Under the pieces are notes generated by a model. The model was not told where the DNA came from. It saw nothing but the letters and a program-made list of their open reading frames with translations, and did no database searches. From IMG/VR virus record IMGVR_UViG_3300028581_000018, positions 1 to 64,000 of that record: a stretch of 64,000 nucleotides of DNA. One strand, given 5' to 3'. A program made the translations under genes and the position numbers. The DNA is from a virus. Positions 19,036-30,800 of this stretch are shown piece after piece (position 1 is the first letter of the stretch; each line of letters opens with the position of its first letter).

Positions 19036-19602
19036 ATGGTAATTGAATCTTTGTACACGGATTATTTCCAAAAATCTAAGGCATTTATGTATCCTGTCTT
19101 AGGTGTAAAAAGAGGCAGTAGTGTAACACCCATAGAGACTTATATGTCTTGGGTGGGACACTACTCTCTCGAAGACATGCGTTTGATATGTAACTATCAT
19201 ATGCGTGAGGATATAGATTTCATTAACTTTGAAAAGTTTACCCTTAGAAGTTCACCTTATTATGAAAGTTTTCACTACTTAAGTGATACATCTGGACTTT
19301 ACATATTTGATATGTCAAAGTTTAAGAGTGATTGGTTCTACTTACTAGCTGGTAAATATTCAAAGTTTAGTGACAAACACAAAAAAATTATCAGTACCTT
19401 TTTTGGCAACAACAGTTCCAGTTCTGTGTACATAGATAGTTTTCTTAACCCCAAAAAGTATTTCAATATCTACGCTAAACTACTAGATGAGCCTAAAAAG
19501 CTTTTAGAAAGCGTTGGAGAACTTTGTTCTATTCCAGATTTAGAGAAGGAGACATTTGTAGCAACAGTTAAAGATTTGGATAGAAGAAGTATTATTGGTT
19601 AA
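19036..19602 (+). CDS. conserved hypothetical phage protein
   Basis: 188-aa ORF (YFQKSKAFMYP...GKYSKFS...ELCS.PD.EKE). Confidence 0.75.
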   Translation: MVIESLYTDYFQKSKAFMYPVLGVKRGSSVTPIETYMSWVGHYSLEDMRLICNYHMREDIDFINFEKFTLRSSPYYESFHYLSDTSGLYIFDMSKFKSDWFYLLAGKYSKFSDKHKKIISTFFGNNSSSSVYIDSFLNPKKYFNIYAKLLDEPKKLLESVGELCSIPDLEKETFVATVKDLDRRSIIG

Positions 19603-19621
19603 TTTGAACCAAAATTAAATT

Positions 19622-20044
19622 ATGAGCACATCAATCAAACCAACAATGCTTGCCATTAAATCTACGTGGAATGGTAAGCCCACATTTAAAATGATTCCTG
19701 CGACAATAGATTGTCCATTTGTAGAATGTATTTTAGACCCTGAGAGCAAAGTTTTAGTTGTTATCTCTAAAGTATCTAAACAGACATTACACATGCTACC
19801 ACGACTTGACGACAATGGTGATCCCAGAATGCTGAAGATTACCAAGCGTCCTAGTGGTAAAACTGTAATGGAGGAGCGTAAAACAATTGAAACTTTTCAA
19901 GAGTATTATGTTGACGACGAGACAGCCATGCTTAATATCTTAACCATGCACACGTCTAATGCAGAAGATGTTAGAGAAATTTTTGACAACTTAATGATGC
20001 CAGCAATAGCAAAGGCTCCAGAGATAAAAATCTCTAAAAAATAA
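19622..20044 (+). CDS. hypothetical protein
   Basis: 140-aa ORF followed by a terminator. Confidence 0.75.
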   Translation: MSTSIKPTMLAIKSTWNGKPTFKMIPATIDCPFVECILDPESKVLVVISKVSKQTLHMLPRLDDNGDPRMLKITKRPSGKTVMEERKTIETFQEYYVDDETAMLNILTMHTSNAEDVREIFDNLMMPAIAKAPEIKISKK

Positions 20045-20071
20045 TCCTCACGGGTTAATTGGTAACAGACT

Positions 20072-20095
20072 GCCGGGGGTAACACCCCGGCTTTT
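20072..20095 (+). terminator. Rho-independent terminator
   Basis: gccgggg-gtaaca-ccccggc followed by tttt. Confidence 0.85.
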
Positions 20096-20120
20096 CTGTT
20101 TTAATTCAAAAATTAAGATT

Positions 20121-21307
20121 ATGGCATATGGATATGTAATGGATTATGAAACTATGCAAAATCTTTTCGTAGCTGTATTCGAGGATATCAATACTGAACA
20201 ACAGAATATCTTCGTTATACACAAACTACGTAATGACTTAACTAAGTTTCTAGAGTTCCTAGATGGTAACATCAAAAAAGATGAACGTCATGTGTCATTC
20301 AATGGTCTAGCATTTGACGCTCAGATAACAGAATATTTTCTTAAACATGCTGATAGACTCTTAGAGATTTCAGCTGATGCTGTTGCTAGGGAAATATATG
20401 CCGAGGCGCAGAGAATAATTGAACAGCGAGACGAAGGTGTATTCGCAGATTACAATGAATGGAATATGAAGATTAAACAGCTTGACCTGTTTAAGATGAA
20501 CCATTGGGATAACGCTAAAAAACGCTCTAGTCTAAAATGGATTCAGTATTCTATGAACTGGTATAATATACAAGACATGCCTCACCCACACACACTCGAG
20601 GTTAATAGCATAGATATTATCAGTGAGATTGTTAGCTATTGTATTAACGACGTAAAATCTACTAAAGCTATTTTATTTCTTTCTAGAAACCAGGTAAATC
20701 TGAGAAACAAACTAAGCTTGGAATACAAGATATCCTTATATTCAGCATCCGAGCCCAAGATTTCTAAAGATTTGTTTCTGCTGTTTCTGTCTAAGAAACT
20801 TAAAGTGCCAAAGTATGAGCTCAAGAAATACAAAACTATTAGAAAGTCTATTGAGATCTCCAAGATACTTCTAGATTATATCCAGTTTGAGAGACCCGAG
20901 TTTCAAAGGTTACACAAGAAGTTCAAGAGTTTAGTTATTGACCCCAAGAATACCAAAGGTGCTTTTGAGTACCATATTATGTACCGGGGTGTACAAACAG
21001 ATTTTGGTTTTGGCGGCGTGCATGGCTCTAATAAAAGTGGTGAATACACGGCTGGAGATGGTATGATAATCATAACCTCTGACGTCAAGAGCTTTTATCC
21101 AAACTTGGCAATCAGAAACAAATGGTCTCCTGCGCATATACCTAAAGATATATTTTGTGAGCAGTATGAATGGTTCTTTGATGAGCGTATAAAAATTCCT
21201 AAGAAAGACCCCAAGAACTATGTATACAAGATTATTCTAAACAGTACATATGGTCTAAGCAATGAGGAGAATAGTTTTCTTTACGATCCAGAGTTCACAA
21301 TGAGGAT
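20121..21307 (+). CDS. polB: family B DNA polymerase, exon 1
   Basis: ExoI DYE, ExoII FNGLAFD, ExoIII YCINDV, motif A SDVKSFYP, motif B KIILNSTYG; spliced 20121-21307+22414-23218 = 663 aa. Confidence 0.92.
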
Positions 21308-22413
21308 TAAATAAAAGTGGTTCTCAATAAACACGGTTAATTGCTGGAATATCCTAAAGACAAACATGCTACAAAGTAAGTATGAAATATGACTAAGCTT
21401 GAATGCTTGAAAAATGTTTGTATGAGTGTAATGTTCATTGTATATTTACAATAAATAACACAAAATGGACAATCAGCAGCTGAATCCCGAACAGGGAAGA
21501 GTTCAGAGATCATCTCGCAAGAGAGTACTTGACTTGAATAAATATATAGTCTGGGAAACACCGTGCATGATAAATAAAATATATGTATACACACTTTCTT
21601 CAACAGAAGATAACAAAGTGCGTTATGTAGGTATTACTACAGATCCCTTAAGAAGGTTATCACACCATACTTCAAAATCTTATCATAAGAATACTCATAA
21701 GAGTAATTGGATAAGTAAAGAACTAAGAAGTGGTAATCAGATATTAATGACTATAGTTGATTCTTGTATTGATTTAGAAGATGCTTTATTAAGAGAAGAG
21801 GAGTTGATTGCAATATATGATAGTTTAACAAATCATGTATTATTACCAACAAAACCTACTATGAAAACATGTTATTTATATAATATATTTACTTTAGAAA
21901 TTATTGAGTTTAGCTCAATCCAATCTGCGTCAATATACTTAAAAGTAACACCTTCAGCTTTATATGATTCACTTATTTTAAGTAAGTGGCTCATGTCTTT
22001 TAATAAAAACTTTGATGAGTTAGTTAAGATAAAACATAGATTAAAAGGGAAAAATGTAAAAACAGGTGAAATATGCTATTTTCTTACTCAAGAACATGCT
22101 GCTAAACATATTGATTGTTCTATACAATTAATAAATAGTTGTATAATGGGTATTAGAAAATCAGCAAAAAAATGGATATTATGTAAAAAGGATCGTGAAT
22201 TTCCAATTTATATTAATAATCATATTTCACCTGTAGTGTGTGTAAATGATGGAAAACTGCATAATTCAATAAAAGAAGCAGCTACTTATTATAAGCTAGA
22301 TGAATCGAGTATTGCAAAAGTATGTAAAGGTTTACGTAAACACACAAGTAATAAAAATTTTAAATATCAAGAAGATATGATCCACCCCCTTTAGAAATTT
22401 AGGGGAGTAAATG
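21308..22413 (+). mobile_element. group I intron 5 (in polB)
   Basis: P1 tgaggaU/Gttctca; P10 agtg/cact; P aattgctggaa, Q aatcagcagc, R gttcagagatca, S aagatatgatcc; omega-G 22413; splicing gives FTMRITMNGQL. Confidence 0.9.
21567..22394 (+). CDS. intron-encoded GIY-YIG homing endonuclease
   Basis: IYVYTL...RYVGIT...RLSHH plus NUMOD/HTH repeats; start 21567 or upstream ATG 21465. Confidence 0.88.
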   Translation: MINKIYVYTLSSTEDNKVRYVGITTDPLRRLSHHTSKSYHKNTHKSNWISKELRSGNQILMTIVDSCIDLEDALLREEELIAIYDSLTNHVLLPTKPTMKTCYLYNIFTLEIIEFSSIQSASIYLKVTPSALYDSLILSKWLMSFNKNFDELVKIKHRLKGKNVKTGEICYFLTQEHAAKHIDCSIQLINSCIMGIRKSAKKWILCKKDREFPIYINNHISPVVCVNDGKLHNSIKEAATYYKLDESSIAKVCKGLRKHTSNKNFKYQEDMIHPL

Positions 22414-23218
22414 CACTATGAATGGTCAGCTTACACTAATGATGCTCTATGAGATGATTTGTGAGGCTATCCCCGAGGCAATACCAATTATGCAGAACAC
22501 AGATGGTTTAGAAACAATGATTCCTGAAAGTGCTTATAACAAGTACATGGAAGTTTGTAAAAAATGGGAGACTATTACACAGCTAGAATTAGAACATGAT
22601 CAATATTCCAAAATCTTCCTGGGCGACGTAAACAACTATATTGCCTTAAACAAAGAAAAGGAGTGCTCTAAAGATGAGCTTTCTAATATACTTGCAGAGA
22701 ACCCACATTTTCCATATCGCGAGCAAAACAATAAATTCTATTACCAACCAGTAAAATGTAAGGGTAGATTTGAATTTCATGAACTGCCGCTTCATAAGAA
22801 CAAGAGTTATCTAATAATCCGCAAAGCTATTTACAATAATCTGGTATTTGGTACCAGTTTAGAGCAAACTATTAACGATTGTAAAGATATTTTTGAGTTC
22901 TGCGCCGGCGTAAAGATTAAAGGAGACTGGGAGTTTTATCAAACATGTGTTATAAACGGTAAAGTATCAAAAGAAAAAATCCAAAATACTATTAGATATT
23001 ATGTAAGTAACAAAGGTTGTAAGATTATAAAGTTCAATTACACAGATGCCAGAGAGATTCAAGTAGAAAGTGGCCCGTGGCTACAAACAGTATTCGTAAA
23101 GTTTGAAAACAAAAAGTTTGAAGAGTATGATATAAATATCAAATACTACATAACTAAAGCTAATCAGGAGATTAATAAACTAAAAGAGTCAAAATTTAAA
23201 CAACTAAAACTATTCTAA
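22414..23218 (+). CDS. polB: family B DNA polymerase, exon 2
   Basis: NGQL, motif C NTDG, DVNNYIA, KCKGRF. Confidence 0.92.
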
Positions 23219-23898
23219 TGGAAACAGCAGAAATTATAAAACTTAATGACGATCATGAACTTCACATAGTTTATGAGTCAGACCCAGATTCACCAAGAAA
23301 CTGGGATAATCTAGGAACTATGATATGCGTACATAGTAGATATAATCTTGGAGATGTTCACTACAAAAGCAAACTTGAATGTTTAAAACATATTGCAGCT
23401 AGCTTAGGAATAACCGAGATTATAAATGATCTCGATGTGTACGAAGAAGTTTACGAAGATGAAGAGCAACTTCAAGACTGGATTAACTCAAGAGAAGACT
23501 TTGTAATGCTACCGTTATATCTTTATGATCACGGCGGTATTACAATGAGCACAAGCTCTTTTAGTTGTAGATGGGATTCTGGCCAAGTGGGATATATATA
23601 CTGTTCAACAGATAAAATCCTAAAAGAATACGGTAACACTAACATAGATACATTAATCAAAGTTGAATCTAATCTAGAAGGTGAAGTTAAAACATATGAC
23701 CAGTATCTAACTGGTGATGTATACGGGTTTGAACTATACAAAGTAAAAACCTGTAGTGAAGGGCATAAATATCTAGATCTTTTAGATTCTTGTTATGGCT
23801 TTTATGGTGATGATTGGACAGAAAATGGTATTTTTGACCACATTTCAAACGAATTAATCCCAGAAGAATATGCAAAACGAGATCTTCAAAGTCATTGA
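23218..23898 (+). CDS. conserved hypothetical phage protein
   Basis: SPRNWDNLGTM, LPLYLYDHGGIT, WDSGQVG, YLTGDVYG. Confidence 0.75.
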   Translation: METAEIIKLNDDHELHIVYESDPDSPRNWDNLGTMICVHSRYNLGDVHYKSKLECLKHIAASLGITEIINDLDVYEEVYEDEEQLQDWINSREDFVMLPLYLYDHGGITMSTSSFSCRWDSGQVGYIYCSTDKILKEYGNTNIDTLIKVESNLEGEVKTYDQYLTGDVYGFELYKVKTCSEGHKYLDLLDSCYGFYGDDWTENGIFDHISNELIPEEYAKRDLQSH

Positions 23899-24262
23899 GT
23901 TTCATCAATGCTTTAGACAACCCTATTCAATGATTCCTACTAACATTACCATGGATGAAGTTACTCTTCGCTATGAGCTAATGAAAGAAGAAAACAGAGA
24001 GTATATTATTGCGTGCGGCGATAAGAACCTAATAGAAATTGCTGACGCTTTAGGTGATCAGCTTTATATACTATTGGGTACCATTATAAAGCACGGCATG
24101 CAAGATGTCATTAAAAAAGTATTTGATGAAATACATAAAAGTAATATGACTAAACTCTCTGAGAGTGGTTTACCTATTCTCCGCGAAGATGGTAAGATTC
24201 TAAAGGGCCCTAATTATCAAAAACCAAACATTCAACAATTTTTTGACAATGAACATAGTTAA
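23870..24262 (+). CDS. MazG-like nucleoside triphosphate pyrophosphohydrolase
   Basis: EENREY, EIADALGDQLY, EIHKSNMTK, REDGKILKG. Confidence 0.88.
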   Translation: MQNEIFKVIEFHQCFRQPYSMIPTNITMDEVTLRYELMKEENREYIIACGDKNLIEIADALGDQLYILLGTIIKHGMQDVIKKVFDEIHKSNMTKLSESGLPILREDGKILKGPNYQKPNIQQFFDNEHS

Positions 24263-24569
24263 ATTAAACGAGGTTAAAGACCTATACACAGATTTGGTTT
24301 ACCGGGATGGTAAACCTTATTTAATTCCTATGAAATTCTTTAATGAAGAGCATGCTCGTGAGTTCTTAACAACAACAGATCAGGTGTTTACTGAAGATAC
24401 TGTTAAAAGTGTTACTGAACATATGCACAGATCTTTACCTGAAATCTACATTGAAGGTAATATCTACACAATTGGTAGACTCATCAATCTGTTAGTTAGA
24501 GAAAAGTACGATGTATTTGATCTAATTGGCGCCGGTGAAGCACTTAACTTATATGATTCTGAAAGTTAA
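24243..24569 (+). CDS. hypothetical protein
   Basis: 108-aa ORF. Confidence 0.65.
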   Translation: MTMNIVKLNEVKDLYTDLVYRDGKPYLIPMKFFNEEHAREFLTTTDQVFTEDTVKSVTEHMHRSLPEIYIEGNIYTIGRLINLLVREKYDVFDLIGAGEALNLYDSES

Positions 24570-24572
24570 GAT

Positions 24573-24791
24573 ATGAGCTTTAACGTAATTTGCATAGATG
24601 CATCTGGACATAATAGTGGATTAGTAAAAGATGCAGTATACACAGTACTAGAAGTAACAGAAAAAAACAATTATGTTTTGGCAGAAACCATACCACCTAA
24701 ACCATTTACGTCATTTGAGGCGTATAGGTTTAAAGTTGTAGTTGAAGAGCCAGCTATTGAAGAAGTAGATAAATGTGTTTATACATCTTAA
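24573..24791 (+). CDS. hypothetical protein
   Basis: 72-aa ORF, last of the + strand block. Confidence 0.65.
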   Translation: MSFNVICIDASGHNSGLVKDAVYTVLEVTEKNNYVLAETIPPKPFTSFEAYRFKVVVEEPAIEEVDKCVYTS

Positions 24792-24808
24792 AGATGTAAA
24801 GTTTAAAT

Positions 24809-24848
24809 ATGGGGGATTGAGCTTTTGCTCTTTCCCCCATTTTTTTTT
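24809..24848. terminator. terminator at the convergence of the two transcription blocks
   Basis: atggggga...gagc-tttt-gctc...tcccccat hairpin with a T-run, between convergent genes. Confidence 0.8.
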
Positions 24849-27800
24849 ACTTACGTGCTTCAACAGACTCTTGTGGCATAATTCCACGACCCACTGGATC
24901 ATAGAATTTACCTTTAACACCCATCATATTAAATAAGTGGTTGTAAATCTTGTAGCTTTCTTTTTCTTGCCAAGGAAATGGGCCTACATTTCTGGTATAA
25001 AGTGCTTTTTCAGAGCCTATTGACATATAAAATATGTCTTTTGCTAATGTTCCCATTTGACCAATAGATCTACCAAATACTAAACTTGTTAAATCTGCAT
25101 TATCACGAATATCCTCTAGCCCTAATTTAGGCAATGGTATAAATGAACTTGTTTCAGCAAACACGTTTTTAGCAAACAAGATAGTATGTTGTGCTAACCA
25201 CCAGTCAATATTAAAGTTATCGCTAAACATATCTCCTGATTTTGCACGTAGCTTCCTATATCTTTCTTCATCATCTGGATCATATCCAAACAATATTGTA
25301 GACATCATATATAATACTACTAGGATAGCTAGCTCCATAGTTATTTTTCTCAAGGCATACTTTTCATCTTTACTCATGAACTGCCAGTACTTGTTAGATA
25401 CATTGAACATCCTTAGTAAAGCAAGAAAACCTTCTACATAATAACCACGTTCTACGTTACTCATTGCCCAATTATATCTATAACCACCAACATTTCCTTC
25501 CCGGGTACTAAAACCAAAACGATTCATAAACATTTCAGTAAAGAACCTCCTCAAGAATGTTGTTACTTTATAGGCATAGTATTTATTGGCCATGGGTAGA
25601 TCAATATCTGAATATGCACCATATAGTTTGTTAGCCACAGACTGAGCAAGAGTTTTAAACTTAGCATACTCAGAACCACCAAGATCATATTTTTTGTCAA
25701 CCCCGTCTTTGAGTTTTAATTTACCGGCGCTATCTAGTTCCCAAGCATCTATATAACGAATATTTACAAGACCCTCACTAGTAGTTCTAGTAATAACTTT
25801 GTGATGCATCATACCAAAGAACAACTCTAGCACAGATTGTCTCTCTAAAAATTTGCGGGGTGACATGAAAAACGATAAACTCGTTACATCACTAATGAAA
25901 CTCCTAGATTGAGTCTTACCAAAGTTTTGACTAAAGTAACTTTGCCCGGGATCAAAATTTAGAAGTAACTGCGTTTCTAAAGAAGGGTTCCCTTTCTCAT
26001 ACCGCTGACCTTGCATGCGCACCATTTGTTGATGTGCCATCTTGCTACCAACAGCTAAACTATACACCGATATATATTTACCTCCCGCGCTTTCAATAAC
26101 GTTTTGAACAATCTGACCACCCCAGTTTTTAGTTGCTGATACTAAGTCTAAAGCAAAGAATCCAAATGAAACCTGCTTCATAAAAAACTTAGTAATCTTG
26201 TTTAGATATGGGTTGTTACCAAAGTCATTGTTTTGTACTCCTAAGAACTCTCTATCATACAAATGAGATATTTGTAATGCACGCAAATCCTGGCGTCTAC
26301 TTTTAGCAAACTTAGTAATACCCTTGGTGCGGTATATATTTCTGTTTACTTTCTTGGTATCTTTTAAAGCGTTTTCTTCTGAAGAGGTAAAATCACGTAG
26401 TGCTCTACCTAGTGGATCCATCTCACTTAGTTGTTTATAGCGCAGCGCGCTGAATAAATACTTGTGAGTAGTTCTTATTACATCAAGAGAAACCTGATCT
26501 ATTTCTAATCTAGACAAACCACCAATTGGAATATACTCTTGTTCTTCACCCAAAGAGTTAACACGAATCATGTTACGTTGAGTGTCATAGTTTACATCCT
26601 CACCAGTTTCTGGAAATAATGGTGCTTCTTCGCGGGCTTCTTTACTAATTAAACCTTTTACTTGAGTCCACGTTCTTAGTGCTTTTTTCTTTATCTCACC
26701 GCGCAGAATTAACTCTTGATTATCTTCAATACCAAACCTTGGTAGATCAAGATACAACTTACCATATGTAGACACAAAACTCTGTGTTTTCAAATGGTAC
26801 TTTTTTATAATCTCAAGAATCTTGGCGATGTCACTATTTTTGTCAAGATTTTGAAAATCCTTGTTCATATACCTGTCATCTTTAGCTGAGTTTGGATCCC
26901 CAGGTTTATAAAGACGAGGTAAAAAGTTTGGATTATCTGATAAGTTAGTATTGTCAATATACACACCAACATACTTTGACCAATCATCTGTTTTTAGAGT
27001 CATGAACTCTTTCTTTACAGATCTTTTATAAAATCTAGAACCGGGAACAGCATCTATTGTCTTTTTTGAACCATCACTCAATTCAACAGTTGTCTTCTTT
27101 AGATACTTTTCATCAGGTTGTATTCGATTCCAGATATAAACCCGCTCGTAATATTCTCCATCTTTATTTTCTCTAACCACATGATTATCTAAGAACCAAT
27201 CTCTAAAATCACCATCAAGACTCATGTAATAGTCAGCAGTATTTTTTTCAGTGAGCTTTTCAGCGCCTTCTTCATCAAGTTCATCAAGACCTAGTTTACC
27301 AGATAACCAATAGTTAACAGTGTCTATATAATCCTGAGTTGGCTTTTTACTTGTTAGCTCAGAAATATCACCTAAAAGTCTGTAGTATGTTTCTTTATCT
27401 GTTTTATTCAAACCTATGCTATCCAACTTATCCCTAAGAAAAGCATACTCATCTGACTCAGTTGGTGTAAACATTGAGGGTTTCTTGCTCAAATAATTAT
27501 ACCGGGCCCATTCATTTGAACTTAAACCTGAAGCATTAACCTGATCTTTTTGAATTTGAATTATTTCTTCTTGTAGATCTTTAATCAAAGTTCTTGTCTC
27601 TTTACTAAGTACAGAGATGTCAATTTGACCACTAGGATCTCTGGCTAATATTAACAGATCTGAAATCTGACGATGTATATCTACAACACGCTGGTTTCGA
27701 GCACCTGCAGGAAACTTAGTAGATATGAAATATTCTAGAGCACTAATAGCATTTTGTTTATCCACAAAATATTGTTCGCTAAACTCTACTCGGGTATTTT

Positions 27801-30800
27801 GGTCTAACCATTCATTGAGGCGTTTATCAATCTCATCCTGTGCTAAACCCTCTGCAATCAATGAGCTCTCAAATGATTGTAAAGCTCTTTGAAATTCACC
27901 TTCAATAAGATTATACTCATAAAACTTTTTGATCCGCTCATTGTACTCTCTATGAGTTAAAGCTTTAGTCTTATCATAGATATTACGAGAGGGATCGTCA
28001 ATTTTATCAGTACCGTCTTCATATGTAAGTTTAGAAAGCTCTTTTAGTTGTCTTTCTAGTGCACGTATTTTAGAGTAGCTGTTGAAACGATCTTGTTCTG
28101 TTTGTAAAGGTGTGCGCTCAATCTTAAGTTCATTAAGGAGAATTTCTTTCTCACGTAGAGCATCCCGGGTAACATCATTTTTATCATAAACATCATACTC
28201 GACATCATAAAATGACTTATCATACTTTTGCCACATGTAATCACGCTTAAACTGGCGTAATTCCATGTAAGCTTTACGTATTGCATCTTGGTCTTTACTC
28301 TCATTAGCTTTAGCTAAAGTGTATTCTAACTGAGATAAGTCATACCGGTAGTTTTGAAACTGATTTAGATAAGACCAAACTTTTCTCGAAACCAGTTCAC
28401 CTTTGTCGTCTAAGTCAGCCACCGTGTCTTCAAATGCAACTGCCTTACCAAGAAGCAAGATCTCATTTTTACTGAGATTTTTAAGATACGGTTGCAACTC
28501 ATTAATCATGTCTGCTGATATACTAGCTGCTTGAGCATCTACCTCGGCATATTTGTTTTTCAAATACGCAAAAAATGGGCCCGAGATCAAACTCTGGCTA
28601 GCACTATATCCTTCTAAGTAAGCATTTAACCAATTCATGTTTGATGTCTCACCTACAAGCTCTGCTCTAATTTTCTCAGGAGTAATATCTACACCTTTAT
28701 ATTCTTTGATTACCTTATTAAGTGCATTTTCAGCACCTTTTGAAATAGCACTTTTCTCTTGAGGTGTTAGATCTTGACGAGCTAATAGTTTTTCTTTTAT
28801 TTTTTCTACCAGAGCTTCGCTAGCACCACCTTTCATAGCAATCTCTTTGAACCTATCACCAAATTTAGCATTGATGTTTTTGTTCATATCTTCTGTAAGC
28901 GCCGTTAAAAAACCAGTAAGTTGTCCTTCAAGAATTTCATTGTGCAAAGATTTAATGTTGTTTATAAGACTCCTAGAAGATCGCAACGCGTCTATAACTT
29001 CTCGTAGTGCTTGTCTGTTTGTAGCAGCTGTAGTTAATCCTGTGCCTGGAACATTTAATGCTTCTTCTAAAACACTTATAAATTCAGTGTCAATATATTG
29101 TGCGAGATCATTGTAGTATAATATTCTAGCAATACTTTCTGGAGTAACAGCCGTAGCACTCAGATTTTGCATTGCATTGACATTAGCATTTATGTTATTT
29201 AAGATTTGTTCATAACCCATCAATGCATATATTACAGATGACGCCTGTTGATTTTTAGCAATAGCATCACCTACAATAGCTGTTACAGATTGTCTAGCTT
29301 GAGAAACTGTTGACTTAATATTTTTTAATACAGGATCATTATCAAGTATTTTCTTAAGCTCTACGTCATTTGAGCGTTTGATAAGTTGTTCAAATTCTTG
29401 CGCCGCTACCTGAGCGGAAGCAATTAAGTTAATAACTTCCTGGCCGTTTCTTTCAACTGCCTCTACAAACAGCCTTTGATCTTCTACTTCAAGTTTTATA
29501 AACTCAGCAACTTCATCTGTAGTAAATACTTCAGAGTTTAGAGCAAATGTTTCACCAGTCATCATATCGACTAAAGTCTTAAGACTGGTATTGGGTGAAA
29601 GTTTTTCAACTGTGATTTTATTACCAAACAGTTTTCTAAGAAACTGTTTAATATGAAACATGATCTTATCTAACCATGTCTTATATGGCTTGGATACTGT
29701 TTTACCGGTACCACTCATCTCAGCTTCAAGGCCAATAGCTGTAACAATAACTTCCTCTTTTAATCTGTCGCCAGTATAATCATAAAGTCTTTGAACACGT
29801 TCTAGTATAGCTTGACCTTCAGGAGTAGATGTTAGTTGATCATACAACTGATTAAACAACTTTGGATTAGATATACGAATAGATTGTATTAAAGGGTGAG
29901 CAAACTCGTGAAATACAATCTCAGCGTTAATTCTGTTTTGAACAAAGTAAACCTTGCCGTTAAAGAAAAAAGCGGGCTCGTTATTATATTCTAAACCAGA
30001 ATCTCTTAATATTTTCGCGGCCTCTTCAGAAGACTCTACAATTTTAAATGGTACCCCTAAATTATCAGAGAGCACCTGCATAAGTGTAGTTATAGCTTCA
30101 TTACCAAAGTTAGAGCTAGATTGTTCTTGACTATAAGTGGCGCCGGGATTATAACTATCCTCAGCATTCTGGAAAAATTCTTCTACTTGTTCATCATAGC
30201 TAGGTAGTTTTATACTAACCTCTTGATCAAGAGTATTTATTGATGTAAATCTAACATCAGGTTTAAAAAAAGATATTCTTCCAGAATCTCGCTTTGTATT
30301 AATAATAACTTCATACCATGTATTACCATATTCATCTGTAATTAATACAGGATTATATCCTAGTTTTTTAAGAATATTAATTACAGTATTTTCATAGAAA
30401 TTATAAATAGGTTTAAGAGCAGCAAATCCTTCTGTTTCTACTCTCTCAAGTTCTTGTTTAAGTTGGTTTATTTCATTGTCAAAATATTTATTATTTTTTT
30501 CTTGTAGGTTTAATGCAGTTTTTTCATCTTTAAAACTATTTTGAAATCCATTTTTATAACTTCTAACTACCCAACTATTTTCTTCTTTTTCTATGTAAGA
30601 TTTTTCAGATTCTAAATCTTTAATCCTATCTTCTTTCTGTTTCTTAAACTCTTCTAAAGTAGCATGCCCTTCAACTTTACTAGCTGTATTACCAGAAGGA
30701 AATAACACTTTCTCATATCCTTTCTTAGCAGAGTCTTGAATGATAGATTTAATAAAAAATGTCACCCAGTTATTATCTTTATTTAGAAGTTGAAGGAATT

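Noticed and set aside
10073-23218. Fragmented genes as pseudogenes, inteins or stop-codon reassignment
   Set aside because: Breaks coincide with group I P1/P/Q/R/S/omega-G elements and splice back in frame; the endonucleases are separate ORFs; multi-kb genes are intact in code 11
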